From Octopus bimaculoides (taxonomy: Eukaryota): 55,594 nt of DNA. Shown one piece after another: positions 52,830-55,594 of the stretch. The translations under genes were made by a program, and so were the position numbers. Every line of letters starts with the position of its first letter. Position 1 is the first letter of the stretch. The stretch is from positions 24,929,523 to 24,985,116 of the forward strand of contig NC_068988.1 in the NCBI RefSeq assembly GCF_001194135.2. The letters are read 5' to 3'. The notes under the pieces were generated by a model, which saw only the letters and a program-made list of their open reading frames with translations, ran no database searches and was not told the DNA's origin.

Positions 52830-53787
52830 TAAGAGTGGCGACGAATGAAAATAAACAAGCGCGTGTGTGTGTGTGTGTGTGTGTGTGAATGATTGTGCGT
52901 ATGTATATATGTATGCGTATGTGTACTTGTGTGGAACAAGTTTTCCTTGATCTTTTAATTCGTCCAGGAACTTTGATTAGTATCAATTACGAAATATATA
53001 ACTGTTATCTTGTGTTCGAAGTTCAAATGTCATTTCTCGGAGTTCCTACACTTTCATGTTTACTAATTCTAATTACGAGCCTACTCTGTTAATTTCTTAA
53101 CCTTCTGTTCCTAACACTATCCTATTAGCACCTAACAACAGCGTTAGATTTTAATAGAATCTTTTTACTTTGTGAACCGGTCTGTATTCAGCTTGCTTTT
53201 TTCTCTATTGGCGAAATAACGGAGTTTATTGTCTGCATCGTCAGTTACTTAAGTATTAAACAAAAAAGAAGCAACACTTCGCTTTTAATGAGGACTAGAA
53301 GTCCTGAATTTTCTGCCATTCTTGTTTCAATACGAATATAGATCTATATTATTTCTTTATTCCATCAAACCCAGAAGTATGATAAACCAATTTGATCTTA
53401 ACAGTGTTAGAGGTTAGAATGTTTAGGAACGAAAGTAAATAAAACAAGTATTTTATCGAAGACTTTATCGATTCTACCAATCCAATCCTCAATCTGGGTA
53501 CCTGTAGAAAACATCACTGCTGGAGACTTGGTATTAATTTGCGTTCTGAGATAAGAGCATTCGATGTCGCTGTGCATCGAGACACGCATGGTTTCCTATG
53601 CAGTTTTGATAAGCTTTTATGCACTCCACTCGGCTGAGGTACAAACTAAAATACTGAGCGATACAAACAGCTGAGCCATCGCCAGATTGTCACATTTGAC
53701 ACACACACATACGTGTGTATATATATATATATATATGTGTGTGTATGCATGTATGTATGTATATACATACATACATGCATACATATA

Positions 53788-53828
<41 letters not shown>

Positions 53829-54342
53829 NNNNNNNNNNNNNNNNNNNNNNNNNNNNNNNNNNNNNNNNNNNNNNNNNNNNNNNNNNNNNNNNNNNNNNNN
53901 NNNNNNNNNNNNNNNNNNNNNNNNNNNNNNNNNNNNNNNNNNNNNNNNNNNNNNNNNNNNNNNNNNNNNNNNNNNNNNNNNNNNNNNNNNNNNNNNNNNN
54001 NNNNNNNNNNNNNNNNNNNNNNNNNNNNNNNNNNNNNNNNNNNNNNNNNNNNNNNNNNNNNNNNNNNNNNNNNNNNNNNNNNNNNNNNNNNNNNNNNNNN
54101 NNNNNNNNNNNNNNNNNNNNNNNNNNNNNNNNNNNNNNNNNNNNNNNNNNNNNNNNNNNNNNNNNNNNNNNNNNNNNNNNNNNNNNNNNNNNNNNNNNNN
54201 NNNNNNNNNNNNNNNNNNNNNNNNNNNNNNNNNNNNNNNNNNNNNNNNNNNNNNNNNNNNNNNNNNNNNNNNNNNNNNNNNNNNNNNNNNNNNNNNNNNN
54301 NNNNNNNNNNNNNNNNNNNNNNNNNNNNNNNNNNNNNNNNNN

Positions 54343-54373
<31 letters not shown>

Positions 54374-54384
54374 GTATATATATA

Positions 54385-54589
54385 TGAGGATAGAAATTTA
54401 TATTAATCACTTAAAAGCAGTGGCTTAGCATATTTAAAAAAATGTGATGATTAAAAATTATATAGCATACAAATTAAGAGGAATGACCATCAAAGTGAAT
54501 TCCTAATATGCTAAAGATAGCCGTCAAATCGCCTTACCACTTCTATCTTTAGCATATTACCAATCCACTTTGGTGGTCATTCTTCTTAA
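54385..54589. mobile_element. Second asymmetric fold-back element, same family as 13751-14126
   Basis: 47-bp arms at 54474-54520 and 54543-54589 with a 22-nt loop. The left unpaired part aligns to about 13760-13860. Confidence 0.8.
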
Positions 54590-54794
54590 CATGTATATAC
54601 ATATATATGTATATATATGAGGGAGAGAGAAGGAGAGAAAGAGAGACTGACAGACAGACAGAGATTGAGGTAGCATCTGATAAAAGCTTGACAAAAAACA
54701 TCAGTGCAATCTTCATCGCCAGATGCAGAGAGACTGAACAGAGACCACAAGCCAGCAGACCAACGTTTCTCCAACACCGGCCCTTCACCGATCG

Positions 54795-54930
54795 GGACTC
54801 GTGATTAATTTAGCAGCGATAGAAAAGTTAAAATTGACCTGAGCTGAGCAGAAATGGATTTGAAATTGGAGCATAAAGAACTGATAACAAATCTGCAAGT
54901 CGTTATCTTCAAAACTCTAACAACTCCGCC
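54795..54930 (-). mobile_element. Degenerate SINE family C
   Basis: AAAATTGACC...GGATTTGAAATT...CTCTAACAACTCCGCC resembles the reverse complement of the family C head. Confidence 0.45.
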
Positions 54931-55502
54931 TATTGACCCTGTTGGATCTACAAATACTTTTGAATAAAAACCTTTGTTCTACATTATTTCTTCATAGAAG
55001 AGGAAATCATACAAAATTAAATGTATAAAACCTAGCAATTATTGGATTCCTCTAAGCAATTTATATGATTCCTGCTCGTTTTACAAGTTTTCCGTTTATT
55101 TTGTTACCGTTTGTTTGAAATTAAGAAAATATATTCAGAACATATATCATCAGTAACTTACATTGAAAGCCCAGTGAAATTAAGAACCTCGTTATTTGAT
55201 GGCTCCCTTGATCTAGATATTTATAACAGACACACGAAAGTAATGCGGGTGAGGGTGGGTTGGTTTTACTTGTATAGGGGGTTTGTTGAAATATTCGCTT
55301 TTTCTTTACTCCCGCATCTCTCTCTCTTTCTCTGTGTACACGTAAACACACGCTACACACACACACAGGCACACTCACAGCCACACATATACACACATAC
55401 ACAGACATACATACACACACATACACATACACACACACACAGACACTCACGCACATGCTCTTACACACACAAACACACGTACATACATACATACACTCAT
55501 AG

Positions 55503-55594
<92 letters not shown>

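Larger units (their letters stand above)
1..55594. other. About 14 assembly gaps, nearly all flanked by (TA)n or other microsatellites
   Basis: N-runs at about 2414, 9376-9828, 10667-11069, 11833-12305, 14975, 15842-16088, 25462-25903, 27108-27598, 30773, 34303, 42942, 45273-45423, 47270-47587 and 53829-54342. Confidence 0.97.

Noticed and set aside
1832-55552. Dozens of ORFs rich in YI, CV, HT, poly-L/I/N/E or X
   Set aside because: They are translations of microsatellites, low-complexity tracts or N-gaps, with no domain signal.

Overview
AT-rich, microsatellite-saturated eukaryotic DNA with about 14 N-gaps. The SINE families and repeat landscape suggest an octopus or other coleoid cephalopod short-read assembly (inference). 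I can support no host protein-coding exon, tRNA or rRNA gene, so the window is intergenic or intronic. Most ORFs in the track are microsatellite or gap artefacts. The recognisable content is decayed mobile DNA: about 17 copies or fragments of three tRNA-derived SINE families; LINE remnants of RTE, R4/Dong, L1/Tx1 and Penelope type; a 216-bp mariner deletion derivative; a Tigger/pogo-like MITE; and a Gypsy (Mag/K02A2.6-like) LTR element lacking its whole RT/RNase H region. The most interesting signal is a set of fold-back (inverted-repeat) elements. Two of them (2598-2879 and 9870-10666) carry a type-I hammerhead ribozyme motif in each arm, on opposite strands, with 3' ends pointing outward into TA-rich DNA. 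A degenerate hammerhead also follows a Penelope GIY-YIG remnant (160-230). Two related asymmetric hairpin elements lie at 13751-14126 and 54385-54589. I read these as short non-autonomous Penelope-like (inverted pLTR) or retrozyme-like insertions. All folding and alignment was done by eye and needs computational confirmation.
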